Shown: positions 1 through 11,895 of the stretch, piece after piece | How positions within the stretch are numbered: the stretch's first letter is position 1 | Layout of the letters: every line of letters begins with the position of its first letter | Translations under genes and position numbers: made by a program | Notes under the pieces: generated by a model | Told to the model about the DNA's origin: nothing | The model's input: the letters and a program-made list of their open reading frames with translations, nothing else | The model's database searches: none | Assembly (NCBI GenBank): GCA_000708835.1 | Contig: DF237024.1 | Location: 62,001 to 126,000, forward strand | From: Klebsormidium nitens | Taxonomy: Eukaryota > Plantae > Klebsormidiophyceae | DNA length: 64,000 bases | Direction: 5' to 3'

Positions 1-466
1 TTGCCGAAAGGCAACAAGTGAGTTGCCGACAGGCCGAGGCTCAGCACTGATTTAGTTCGAACAGCACACGTAAGGTTTTCGATCTATGCTATTGATGGTG
101 TTGTGAGTTTTCTTAGATGCGACCGGTGCTGGCGAGCTTGTTTGTGAAGCTCAGAGGCAAAGCCAAGCAAGAAGTCAGAACGTCTGCCGCTTTGCGAAAG
201 GCAACATTCTTTTCAAGCGTCAAACACAAGCCTTCGATCCTACACGATACGACCAGACTTTCCGGATGGAAAATTTGGTAGACCCCTGTCGGGCCTGTCC
301 AATCAGGTGTACTCCAAAGGGGATGCTGGCGGAGTATAGCTTTCGTGACGACCGGCAAAGAGCCACCACGTCGATCCTTGCTGCTAAAAGAATGCCTCTT
401 TTAACTGATAGCGAATTGAGGCATGTCCGCAATGTTCGAAAAGTGAACAGTGTTTGAGGAGCGTAC

Positions 467-3400
467 CTCGGACACTGCCGCCCCAAAGACAAAGTACTGG
501 ATCGGCTTCTGGTCTTCCGTCTGTCCGTTGAAGAGGACCTCCGCGGAAAGATGGACGCCAGACATGGAAGCCTGCGCGACAAACACGGGGCGGAGCTTTA
601 GGGGCCATGTTTTGGCTCCGTGGCAAAGAAAGACACGACATTAGCAGGACTTCGCAATAGTGCGGCGCCGTCCCGATTGTCTCATCAAAACTCCTGACTT
701 GAGCCCTGTCTGTCGGGCGTTTGATTGCCGTTGTCATCCATTACTAGACGTGTGATTGTCACCTTCCTACCTCTGCACTCCAAACCAGCACGGCTCGAAT
801 GCGCGACCAGTTTCGAGAACCTCCAAGCCCCAGAATGGAACAAAGTACGCCAACCCTTCAAACCCCGCAAGCCCCCAAAACCCTAGTAACCCAGAACCTC
901 ACCTTTCCAATGACCTGCTCCCACTTGACGGGCTTCCCGTCCGCCGACTCCTTCACCACGTCGAGCGACGGCTTCAGCCGTTTCGTGAGATCCGCGCAGC
1001 AACGCCGCACTGCCTCACAGGCCGCCTCGCTTGCGGTGCTGCCAGCTGTCACTGACGCGTTCACCACGCCCTGTAAACGTCACGTTTTAAGGTGATGTCA
1101 GCATTCAGTGACTGCACAGATCTAGAAGCTTTACGGTCTGTGTGACAAACGGGAGGTTTGAGCTAGAGCAAATTGTGGCGATCTTAGATCTTCTGCTTTT
1201 TCTTTACGTTTTTCCGGAAAAGCTAGCTACAACGGCATACTTCGGTTGACGGCAACGCCGGACATTACGGGCGTTTGCCACGCCCTGCAGAAATGCCCTC
1301 TTAAGCATTGACAAATTTACCGTGTTGCTTGTGAATCTCTGTACGGAAGAATCCATTGGTCGCATGCTGTTACGCTCGATCCCTACCTACACAACCACTG
1401 ATTGAAGCTGGCAAATGCTTTCAGTGAACGCTTGTCAGAAAATATCGGCGTTGCGTCTCCGCCGGCAAATCCTGATCAACGGTGTGCATCTTAACATTTG
1501 CTTCCTTTTGCTGTTATTTTGATCTTGTGAGAGGTGGTAGACTCAGGAAAGAAGTACCACTAGCAACCTAAGACTTGGTAACCCTAAGAACTACACATGA
1601 GGAAGTTTCCCCAGCCTTGAAAGGGGTAGCGATTCTCACCTGCAAGCCCTGGTCGACGACGCGAAGTAAGATATCAAACTTCAAAAGCAGAGAGGAAGCT
1701 CCCAGGGCCATCATTCGAGTTGTGATTCACACCTGCGAGTCCTGGTCGACGACGCGCATCTTGGCAAAGTCTACCCCGTTCTCCATGCCACCATACGGCT
1801 CGTTCCTTTTCAAACTAAAAGGAACCGAGAACCATAAAACTATATCCAACCGGAAAAAAAGTAGCGAATCTTACCTGCGAGTCCTGGTCCACGACGCGCA
1901 TCTTGGCGAAGTCCACCCCGTTCTCCATGCCACCATACGGCTCGCTCAGCGCATGTGCCGCGGCTTGAAGCGCCTTGGTATGCAAACCCTGGCCCATCTC
2001 AACGCCGGTGCAGTCGATGATAATGGACCCATCCGTGAACACGCTGACTCTGCACAAGCCGATCAATCATGTTTAGCCAGGTGGCTGATTTGGACCCACG
2101 TGGCCGACTCTTGAAGACGCCTTTGACAACCTCGGTAGAGATTCGACGGGTTTGATCGGCCATGCAAAGGTTGAGACTGGTGGCCCCCGCTTGAGACTAA
2201 CGGTATGTACTAACACTAGCAAGATGGGCACCTGGAAAAGATACCAACAGCACAATGTCCATTCGGTTTCTTGAGCCTCTGCTTAATGCTGCCCAGCTTC
2301 GAATGCTTCTGGTTACCCAGCCGTTCGATAACAATTCCAACAGAATCTCACGCTTCTCCACCCACTAAGGAGGGACATGTCAACCGTGCACCTCAAATCA
2401 GCCATCCAATATCCGTGACTCTTCTCAGAAGGCCCACTCTCACGTCTTGCTTACGTTGCTGCCTACCATTCGTGACAGGAGCATGACGTCATTCACACAG
2501 CTCACCTCGCCGGGCGCGGGAAGGCGGTCGCGTCGAAGATGACGGGCGTGATCGCGATCCCGCGCTTCTGCCAGCGGTGCCCCCGGTTGAACTCCCCGAC
2601 CGCTTTGGCCCGGGCCTCGTACTGGGACGACTCCTTGAGAGNNNNNNNNNNNNNNNNNNNNNNNNNNNNNNNNNNNNNNNNNNNNNNNNNNNNNNNNNNN
2701 NNNNNNNNNNNNNNNNNNNNNNNNNNNNNNNNNNNNNNNNNNNNNNNNNNNNNNNNNNNNNNNNNNNNNNNNNNNNNNNNNNNNNNNNNNNNNNNNNNNN
2801 NGCTACCCAACTGTACGCAAAAGCAGAAACAACGCCGCTTCAAGAAAAAGCAAGCAGAAATCGTACAAAACTTTTCACATCAGGCCGACCGCTGTGACCC
2901 GGACGGACGATTACTGGGAATACGATCTATCGGGACATATTCTCAAGGGCCTTCCAAACACCCGGTAGAGTGTACCGGGCCTCGCTGCCCACCTGAGTAG
3001 TGGCAAAGTAGATTCAATTACGATAATGTCGAATTAGCTCACGAAGCAGGGATGAATCTGGGTTGGGGTTGAGGGTGGCTACGAGTGCCGAGCGCGGAAA
3101 GTCTGCGTTAGAGTTCTAGCTTACATTCTGAGCCCAAGTCATTGATCAGAAGTCAATCTAGACCTGAGGCAACATAAAGGAATAATAATGTTCACCTGCA
3201 GGCGACTGCGAGAAGACGGCACTCGCAGGAAAAGCAAGCAAGATTTGAAGGGTTTACTTGGCAATCAGACCCACTGATGTCGCTGCCAGAGTGTTCGCAT
3301 GCTAGCAATCCTGGCAACGAGAAAACGTGCGTCAGCACTCGTTCCCACACACGTGATCAACGGCACAGCGCCCTCTCTACGCATTGCAGTTCTTTTGGGG

Positions 3401-6400
3401 GCCTACCAGAAGTGAGCTCCTTTCTCCTTAGTAGTAAAGTAGAAACCTGGGCTTGAGCGCAAACAGCACAGCAAAAAAAAGGGTTTTCGCTTTTGAAGGC
3501 AAGCGGCTATTCGCTGCCCATTTCTTCACTTAAACATGCAGGCGTTTGCTTTCTCGTCCTCTGGCTACTAGGTAAGATGTTTCAGTCCGCCAGGTTGCCC
3601 CTCGCATGCCAAAAGCCCACGAGTCAACCGAGATTTGATGCTTTGCTTTTTCGTCCCATTGCATACGGGTTTATCGCCAGGGCAACCCATCGAGAACTCT
3701 TTACCTTGCCTCCGGAGTGCTTGTCAAGCCCCTCCCAGTCAAAGAAGTTGGCCTCGCGAACGGCGTCCGCTGGCCGCTTCACGAGCGCCGCCACGTGTTC
3801 GATGATTGTCTCGTAGAGCAGGGCGCCCTGCGGTCGACCGGGGCCTGACGGAAACAAAGAGGTTCCCATTAGGCGGGCAGCCCAAGATAGAAATAGCTCA
3901 GCTGGTGGGCCATAGGTCTTGTAAGGGTACCCAGAGGCGTCCTTCTTTCACGGTACCAGTTTGCTACCGTTTATCCAAGAGGCTGAAACGCTAAGCATCG
4001 GCTGAATCGTGTGCCGGCAGCGGCAGTAAGACGGGGGACGCAACATTATGCGGACTGATTGTGCCTTTCACAGTCTCCCTTCTCTTGGTTCAGAAGCTTC
4101 AACAGCTATGTTCCAAATCGTTGTTTGGTTATAATCAGCCTCTCTGGCAGCGACATTGGCCACAAAAAATAGTACTAGCGACAATTATCATGAGATAGAA
4201 AAAGGTCTAAGGCAGTAAACGGGAGGAGATCAGCACCATAATCCTGACGTGATTAGGCCGTACCAGCTTACAGAAAAGGTTTGCGCCCAAAGCGGACGCA
4301 GCTTTCGGACCAACCTGCATTACAATCGACTTACCTCTCACGGTGGTTTTGGTAGACACGTTTGTCTTGCATCCAATGACCTCCATGCTCAGGTTCGGGA
4401 TATCGTACGTCTCTCCGCGGGCGATGTCCATCGCTGCCACGTCACTCAGGTCCTTGTTCCACCCGCAATTGACCAGAGCCTGTAAAAGTTCGATATGCTA
4501 GGGTTCGGAGGTATGGACTTGCGCGCTTCAGACGTCACTAAATCATTTCGAAAGGCCTCTGCGAGACGCTATTCATGAAATTCAGTAACAACGGTACTGC
4601 TTACATGCAAGGATCCAGAGCCTACGAGGCAAGGCCTGGAGAGGACTGTGGTTGATTCAAAACTTTAAGTGGGTACGAACGCCGAAAAGTGTCAGAATTC
4701 CTGTGGTCGAGTTTTCTGAGTTCTGTGGTCAGGATTCTCAGACCACTGGAACGAGATCCTCATATGGGGCCAACATCAACGAGGAAAGTGGCAGGAATGC
4801 AGTACAATTACTACATGCAGCTCATTACCAGTCAATGCAGACTAAAAGGCCAAAACGAATCAAAGCAACACCAATTCTCCTGTGACCCGCACTTGTAAAA
4901 TCACGGAAGAGTTACCCCCGCCTTACCTTCACTTTCAGCGACGTAATCTTGCCCTCCTCCGTGAAACCGACGTCGTACTCCGCGTGCATCGGCTCTCGCC
5001 CTCCAGTAATCTTCATGTCCGTGTTCCGGTCCAGGGTTAACCTAACCGGTCGGTTATACTTCCTGGCGGCCACAGCAGCAGCCCCTGCAATCGGCTGAGC
5101 CCGCGAGACTTTGCCCCCGAAGGCGCCCCCCACTCGACGTGTGATCACGCGGATGGAGTGCTTTGGGACGTCCAAAAGCGGGGCGAGAGTGTCGGAGATG
5201 AGGTTCGGGCCCTGCGATTGAGGGACACGTGTCAGAGTGGGAGTGGTTGGTCCGCCATGAGCACAGAGCATATTCACAGAGCGGGCATATATGCAGAAAG
5301 AGGCGCTTTGGAACGCCCGTAATTACAGCGTACGGTACACAGATGACGTCCGGGCCTTGTGCGAGGCAGTACTCGCAAAATGATGACTGTTTGGGGGGCA
5401 AACCATGGATTTTGACATTAGGGGGACGAATAAAGATCAGATTGGTTGCTCAAATCATGAAGCGGGGGTGTTTAGGGCGGGTATGGGTGCGGAGCGGATG
5501 GCTAGCCTGTTGGGTTAGGTTTTATTACTAAATAGTTAAGAGCTTTCCAAAAACCCTAAAATCCTAAAACCCTAAATAGATTCATAAGCTCACCTGGCAG
5601 GAGCTGTAGACGGTCATGAAGCGGTCCTCGTCCGGCACCGCGAGCGCCGTCTGGGGCTCCATGTAAAAGTGCTGCTGAGACGCGCACCGCACTTTGCCGG
5701 ACACCGTGCGGGGGGCCTCCTCCAAGGCCTTTGCGGAGTCGCCGCGCTTTGGGATCATGCCTGAGACACAAACAAGAATTCTATCCTAAGGTCGTTGTTC
5801 GTGGTTTTCAGAGAAAAGGACTGCCGTTGAGACGCAAACAGCACGGAACCGGACGCTGTGAGTGGGACCTACTCCAAAGCTTCTGCGGAGTCGCCAGTCT
5901 TCTGGAATTATACTCGAGAAGGAGAAAAAATGGTCCCTCAGAATCATCACGCAAAAATAAGCAAAAACAAAGCTCGAACGAAGAACGCGGCTGAAAACTT
6001 GTCCCAAGAGCCTCCTCCGAGGCCCTTCCAGCGGCGCTACGCTTTGAAAGCCCGTGGATGGTTGCAAAACAGAAAGCAGAGAATTGAGATCTCAAGGGAG
6101 TTTGAACTTTTGCATGTCTAGTGACTCACTCGAACCAACAGTAGAACACGATGCAAGACAAAACAAAGAAGCAGACCGTTTATGCGACCTGTTGTGGTCC
6201 GGCCAAATGAAGCGGCCCCTCGCTGACACGTGGCAAACCCACCTTGCACGAACGGCGCCCACGTGACGAACTCGGTCGCCTGCTCTGGCTCCAAGACGGG
6301 CGCTCCTAGGGACGACGAGTCGTACTCAACAAGGACGCGCTTGGCGGCTTCGGACGCGTGCCTGGGCAGAATACCGGGGACAGAGTCGTGAGCATTGCGA

Positions 6401-9400
6401 CCAAAAGCGTAAGGTAGGTTCAAATTGTCACAGTTACAGTCAAAGTCACAGTTACAGTCACAGTCACAGTCAGAGTTACTGTCACCGCATCACCCTAAGA
6501 TTGACACAGGCAGGTCAATTCCATCCATTGGCGGTCGCCCAGCTACCGGCCAGCAATGGCAAGCGCCTGGGGAACGGAGCGAGTTACAGATATAGTTCCG
6601 GCCATCAGTCATAACTGAAGCACAGAATCCGAACGACGCAAGTTGCCAAGTGGAAAGATCCGCTACTTACTTTGGACTGTCCGCAACGATAAACCCAAAC
6701 TGCTTACCTTGGACTGTCCGCAACGATTAACCCGAGCGGCTGGCCCATGTACTCGACCTTGTCGTTGACAGCGATGAATAGAGGCTCCTCGGTTCCAAAG
6801 GCTTCAGCGCCAACGTTCCTGCCTGGAATGTCTTTGCTGTCCACGAATCTGCGGGGGAGAGATTTGGGATGTATCAGTTTTGAAACATTCTCGTGCTGGT
6901 CTGCGTGTATTCTTCGAGCTCGGGCCTGGAAAGTGTCCGTTGCTGGAATCCCACAATCTCTCAATGCGGGTGCAGATTCTTATCGGAAGATCAGTTGCTA
7001 ACAGGACATCTGCTAGACGGGGTTTCAGCATTTGCAGGAACCATTGTTTGGGAGAGCTGCTCCTCGCTTTCTCCCACGAGAACCACTCATCCTTCTTTGG
7101 GCAAACGGCAACGAAATTTGGTCCGAAGAGGCCAGAAAGCACCCAAAATAGTACTAAGCGGTACGCATCCCAAGACGGATAACGACTGACTTTGCAAGAA
7201 GGGCGCATAGCAGAGCTATACGATAGACGAAAAGGGGCAATTAAAAGATCGAAGAGCGGGACAGGAGGCCCTAAAGCTACCCGAGAAAGGAGCAACGGAA
7301 GGGTAAAGAACACATGTAAGCCACAAAGAGAAGAAAATCTGCGTAGCTCAATTCCCTAAGCATAGTCTCAAAGCCCGAAAGGCACAAAGACGTCTCGGAA
7401 TCATAAAGTTGATACAGGAGGAACCCTGTGAGAGATTATGCATCCGGTAAAGAAGAATCGCGGACTCAAAACAGGGAACCAACTGGATGAAGGAAACAGG
7501 GAAAAGGACATTAGCAGTTTGCTTCTCACCCAACCACGCCCGGCATCTTTTCTGCCGCGGACGCATCCACGCTCTTGATGTGCGCAAGCGCCTTCTCGCT
7601 GGTCACGAACGCCGCATACAGCGTGTTTGCGGGCGCTCTGACGTCATCCACGTAGACCGCCTCGCCGGACGCTTGCAGGTCGACCCCCTGTTTCGAACGC
7701 GGCTCGGACACCGGGAAGTGGTCCCCGGGGAACGAAAAGGTCTGGCGCCCGCGGCTGGGCGGAACCGGGGCTGGGGTCGGAACATCTGCAGAAAAACGTC
7801 GCACGATTCTTTTCCGGATTTCTGGGCTCACTTCGAGATTTTTGAATTGAATGTCGTAGGCTCAAGTTAGATTTGAGCAGCAAGCCGGTCTGGCGCCTGC
7901 GGCTCGGAGGAACTGGCGCTGCGATTGGGACATCTGTGAACCCCGGGGAGTTGCACATTGTAAGTTTGGACGTGCAACAAGACCTCAGGCCGCAGACCCC
8001 AAGTGCGGCCTGAGGTGCTGCACGTTAAGTACGAAAAGTCATCTGCGTTGAAGCGAGCGTGTTAGCTCTAGGCTGTTCTTCCTAGGGTTGCTTCATGAAG
8101 TCGTGCAAGGCTATTCGATAGCGGGAGAACGGTTCGAGCGTCAAGAACGCCGCACGAGGACAAGCGACGCACGAGAGGGAACGTTTCCGGATGTCGAAAA
8201 TCTGAGACGTGAGCAAAGAACGAACAGTACTATGATGGCAAGAAACCGGATCCGAAGGCGCCCTCACCTTCACTGCCCATGTACGGAGCAAAGAACTGAT
8301 ACAGAAACGCCGACGCCACCTCGAACTGATACGTATCCGCGTCGCCCGAGCTCAACTCGTTCCTCAAGACCTCCAAACCCTCCAGCAACAGCCGTGCTGT
8401 CAACTCTTTTCCTCGGAAAATCGCCTCCAACTTTTTAGCTCGGATAGGCTTCCTGTCGCCCAGGGCCCCAAACACGAGCACCACATCTTTCACCACGTTT
8501 GGGGGGGTCGAACCGCCCCCTTTACCAACCCCGTTGGCATGGTGGCCTCCGTTCGCCTGTCCCGGGGGGATGTTCCCCACCCCGTTCTCCACCCCCCCGT
8601 TTGTCGCCGCACCTCCCGGGGGGTCCGGTTCGCTGCCATTCATTGGCCCCTGGTTCGAAACCACCTCCGCCCGGAATGCCGCGTTTATGTACGCGATCGC
8701 ATTTCCATTCCGTCGCGGCGAGGCTCGGAACGTCCTGAAGACCGTCTCTGACGGGGCCTTCACCGCGGGGACTGAAACGCTCACGATCACTTCGTCGCTT
8801 CCGAGGCCCTGTTCTAGGAACTGTTCAACCGTTGCCTCCCGGTTACCCTTTTCCGAGCCGATGGTCAGGCTCGCGCCGGCTGCCCAGAGGATCGGGGCGA
8901 GGTCGGATTGGAAGCCCCGAGTCTGGGCCAATATAAGGTTACCTGCGGAAGACGCAAGGGACTCTGAAGAACATGATACTGCGAATTCGGCGCTTCCTAC
9001 CGGAACAGGAGAGCCTCAGCAAAACCAGCTCAAACAAGAGCAACTCCGCTTTAATCACTTCCAAGCTAGACGTGACCTGCTGGGTGCTTTCGAGCATTCT
9101 TTCCCTCGAAAATACGTCCATCGTCATTCACTTTATTCATCAACCCCAGACGAAGACGTTTTTCAGCAGGTCTGCCTAAGTCCTCGCCAGAACAAGCCCA
9201 ACGACTCTCAGGGCGTCTCCGAACTCGGAAGCTTCATAACAATCCAGCTCCTCTCACCTGCCACACTTGCCATGTGGCGCACTTGCGGCGTCGCCACCTG
9301 GCGCATGTGGGCTGCCAGCTCCACGAAAGGCGACGCAGGCCGGCCTCCACCAAGCTTCCCGCCAGGTGGGGGTGCATCGCATGCGGCGATGACGTCAGCA

Positions 9401-11895
9401 ATCGTCACCGCGCCACCGAAACAGAGCCCTTCCTCTCTATGATGGATCTCCTGGAGCTTTGCGACGCCCTTGATGTCGATGTAAACCTGGGAAAATGGAA
9501 AGGTTTGTAAGATGAAAGGACTTTTGTAATCCCTGTTTGGAGCACTGTCCGGAGATTGTTTTGCGGATCCAGTTGTAATATTCCACCCCCGGATTGCAAC
9601 GATCCGATCTAGAGTATCTTCTTTGTCGCAGGTTGCAACTCAAAAACCGGAACACCTGATCCACTTTCACAAAGGGTCGAACACACGCTTGACTTGGCCA
9701 GACTCAAACAATGACTTGGGCGCTTGCACGAACCAAACCAAGTTCATGCAGCCTGCTCTACTAAACCTGGCCGCACACTTCTTTGGAAGGTCCCAATCCG
9801 GAGAGCATCCGAAACACATAGCAGTCGGTTCAGCTTGTCAGCGCCCCTGTTCCTGTCACGGACCTTTACGACAATCACCTGCCCACAATTGACTACCAGT
9901 CAGCTAATATATTGCAGCCAGCAGACTCAGAAGCCCTTACCTCAGGTCGCTCATCCTTGTAATATCCTCGGGACGTGTTCCCAACCACGAGCTTGATCTC
10001 CTTCCCCTTGTTCTCCGCCATGAGCTTATATAGATCCTCTAAGCTTCCCGCCGAGCACCACAGGCTGGCTTCCCCCTTGCCATTGAAAAGCCCCTCCTCT
10101 TGTCTCAAGAATTCCGGAAACGGGGGGTCGTTCTTGGGGTCGTATGGGGGGAGCTCGGGGGGGGTGGAAAGGTCCTTCCGGAAAGTGCACAGACCAAGGT
10201 CCTCAACATCGACGTCGCCGGCAAAGCTTTTGCAGGCGTCGAGGATGGGGCGGTAGCCAGTGCATCTGGAGAAAGAAGAAACTTCGCGCAGTCTGTGGAA
10301 ACATTCCTTATTCCATACTGCATCATTTCGACAATATTGATAAGCTCGGGAAGGAGTCACACGCAGACCACCTGTCAGGTCTGAAAGATAAGAAACCAAA
10401 GCCAGAGGCGTCACGTACAGAACGACCTTAAGATTCAATTAGTAAGAAGGCCACCTGTCTAGTCCAACAACATACTGCCAAAGTCAGAGAAAGCCGTCTC
10501 AACTTCTCACCTGCACAGGTTTCCCTGGAGTGCCCCTTCCACTTCTCCTTGGCTCAACTTGCCTCCCTCCTCCCCATTACACCGCTGCTTCTCCTTCACT
10601 TTCCCATACACCGACATAACCATCCCAGGGGTACAGAATCCGCACTGAGAGCCATGGAACCCCGCAACGCGCTTCTGAACGGGGTGGAAGCCGTCTTTCT
10701 GAGAACCCAGCCCCTCGGTTGTTGTCACTGCACGATGGTGCAGGGATCCGAGGGGGAGGAGGCAAGAGTTGGCGGTGACTTCTTTGATGCTGTTTGAGGC
10801 GGAATCGAAGCGGGAGACCAGAACGGTGCAGGCACCACAACCACCTGGAGCATCAAAGAAGGAGAGGGGAGTGAGAAGCGAAGCAACGTCGGTCGCTACG
10901 CGGTGCGATTCCTATCCTCGTTTCTCACTTGTATCTCTGTTTATCAACTCCTCCCCTCGAGGTCTATGAATGATCACCGCCCTTCCGCAACCTCATGCAC
11001 ACTCTTCTAGTCGTCCTTCCTCCACCATCTGCAGTGTAAATCTCTCGCATGGCCCCCTCTTCCACTTACACAGAAGTAAAGACCATTCATTCCATCACAT
11101 CTTTGTCATCGCCGGGGTTTCTTCCCATGTAGCCAAGTAATGACCAGCAACAAAGTCTGCAAGAACCCAAGAATGATCGTGCTCCGATTTGTACAAAGCA
11201 TCCATGTAGTGACATGTTTGCCTCTTTGAAAGGGTCTACAATAGACCAATCGATTAAAGAGCAGTCTTTGAAGTAAACGGAGAATAAGCTGATGAAGTTG
11301 ATGCCACCTTTTCAGCTGGAAAACTCGTATTCTTTGTTGGTTGATTACATGTGAGTTTGAATTTCTGAAACAGGCGCGCTTTGCAAGATCTTACGTTTCA
11401 GGTTCTCTAGTACTGGGTGATGAAACCACTTGAAGCCTTTTCGTATTGCAGAAAGCAGGCCGGGAAACTCTAAGCAACCTACTTGGAGTCAAGGCCAATC
11501 ACTTTTTTTCTTGACAAGCAGTGCGCAGGGAAAACGTTGCTTGCCTCATGGGGCAAAAATGCTGCATAAGTAGATACCAACGCTCATGTATTCAAGCCAG
11601 AAACTCTCCTAGAACATAGATTGTTGTGCAATGGAAAGCACATCATTGACACACAATCCTGATAGACTAGATTGACCAGATAAGGGGGTTGTGTTATTGT
11701 GCAACCTAACATTCTTTCTTACATAAACTCATTACTCAATTCCAGCCATCAGGCCGTACCTTCCCCACACCCCAGCTTTGTCCCCTTGTACTTTGACTGC
11801 AATCGAAGATACTCGATGAGGGTCCCAGAAGGGTCCACGTTTCCCAGCTCCACGCGCTCCCCATTCAAAGCGAAGACGAGGTTTGCAGGTCCCAT
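467..11895 (-). CDS. Aldehyde oxidase (xanthine oxidase family molybdo-flavoenzyme), plant AAO-like; 16 exons in window, 3' end beyond left edge
   Basis: Inferred exons (minus): 11895-11760 MGPANLVFALNGERVEL..KLGCGEG; 10844-10511 GCGAC..GFHGSQCGFCTPG..GNLCR; 10265-9941 CTGYRPILDACKSFA; 9486-9258; 8942-8268; 7785-7530; 6848-6708; 6361-6243; 5760-5594 QQHFYMEPQTALAVPDED; 5211-4927 RRVGGAFGGK; 4479-4335; 3844-3705; ~2641-2506 (start in N gap); 2049-1875 GVEMGQGLHTK; 1070-903 TAGSTASE; 571-467 FGAAVSE. GT-AG boundaries keep the frame. Domain order is 2Fe-2S, FAD, Moco. Confidence 0.93.
1636..1802 (-). repeat. Two intronic degenerate copies of the 3' end plus donor of the AO exon 2049-1875
   Basis: 1731-1802 repeats ~72 nt of 1873-1944 with 3 substitutions in the exon-derived part; 1636-1663 is a shorter, more diverged copy; both end in CAG|GT on the minus strand. 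Confidence 0.9.
2642..2801. other. Assembly gap (N run)
   Basis: About 160 N; hides the start of an AO exon. Confidence 0.99.
5549..5576. repeat. Short telomere-like tract, about 3 units of (AAAACCCT), i.e. TTTTAGGG on the minus strand
   Basis: aaaaaccctaaaatcctaaaaccctaaa in an AO intron just after a donor site. Confidence 0.6.
5843..6052 (-). repeat. Two degenerate copies of the 5' end of AO exon 5760-5594
   Basis: 5843-5912 translates GDSAEALE*VPLTASG and 6003-6052 KRSAAGRASEEA, versus the true exon KRGDSAKALEEAPRTVSG. Confidence 0.8.
6428..6485. repeat. Imperfect hexamer microsatellite (CACAGT/TACAGT)n in AO intron
   Basis: cacagttacagtcaaagtcacagttacagtcacagtcacagtcagagttactgtcac. Confidence 0.85.
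6667..6735 (-). repeat. 37-bp-period tandem duplication of AO exon 3' end plus donor
   Basis: cttactttggactgtccgcaacgataaaccc followed by cttaccttggactgtccgcaacgattaaccc. Confidence 0.9.
7889..7940 (-). repeat. Degenerate copy of acceptor plus 5' end of AO exon 7785-7530
   Basis: cacag|atgtcccaatcgcagcgccagttcctccgagccgcaggcgccagacc (DVPIAAPVPPSRRRQT) versus true ctgcag|atgttccgaccccagccccggttccgcccagccgcgggcgccagacc (DVPTPAPVPPSRGRQT). Confidence 0.88.

Noticed and set aside
1-460. ORFs 113-358 and 220-582 as further AO exons
   Set aside because: No frame matches the expected VEIDxLTGE..DxGxSLNPAxDxGQ continuation; treated as intron, with the gene continuing beyond the window.
8534-9442. 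302-aa plus-strand ORF
   Set aside because: Antisense shadow of GC-rich AO exons plus intron; no independent protein signal.
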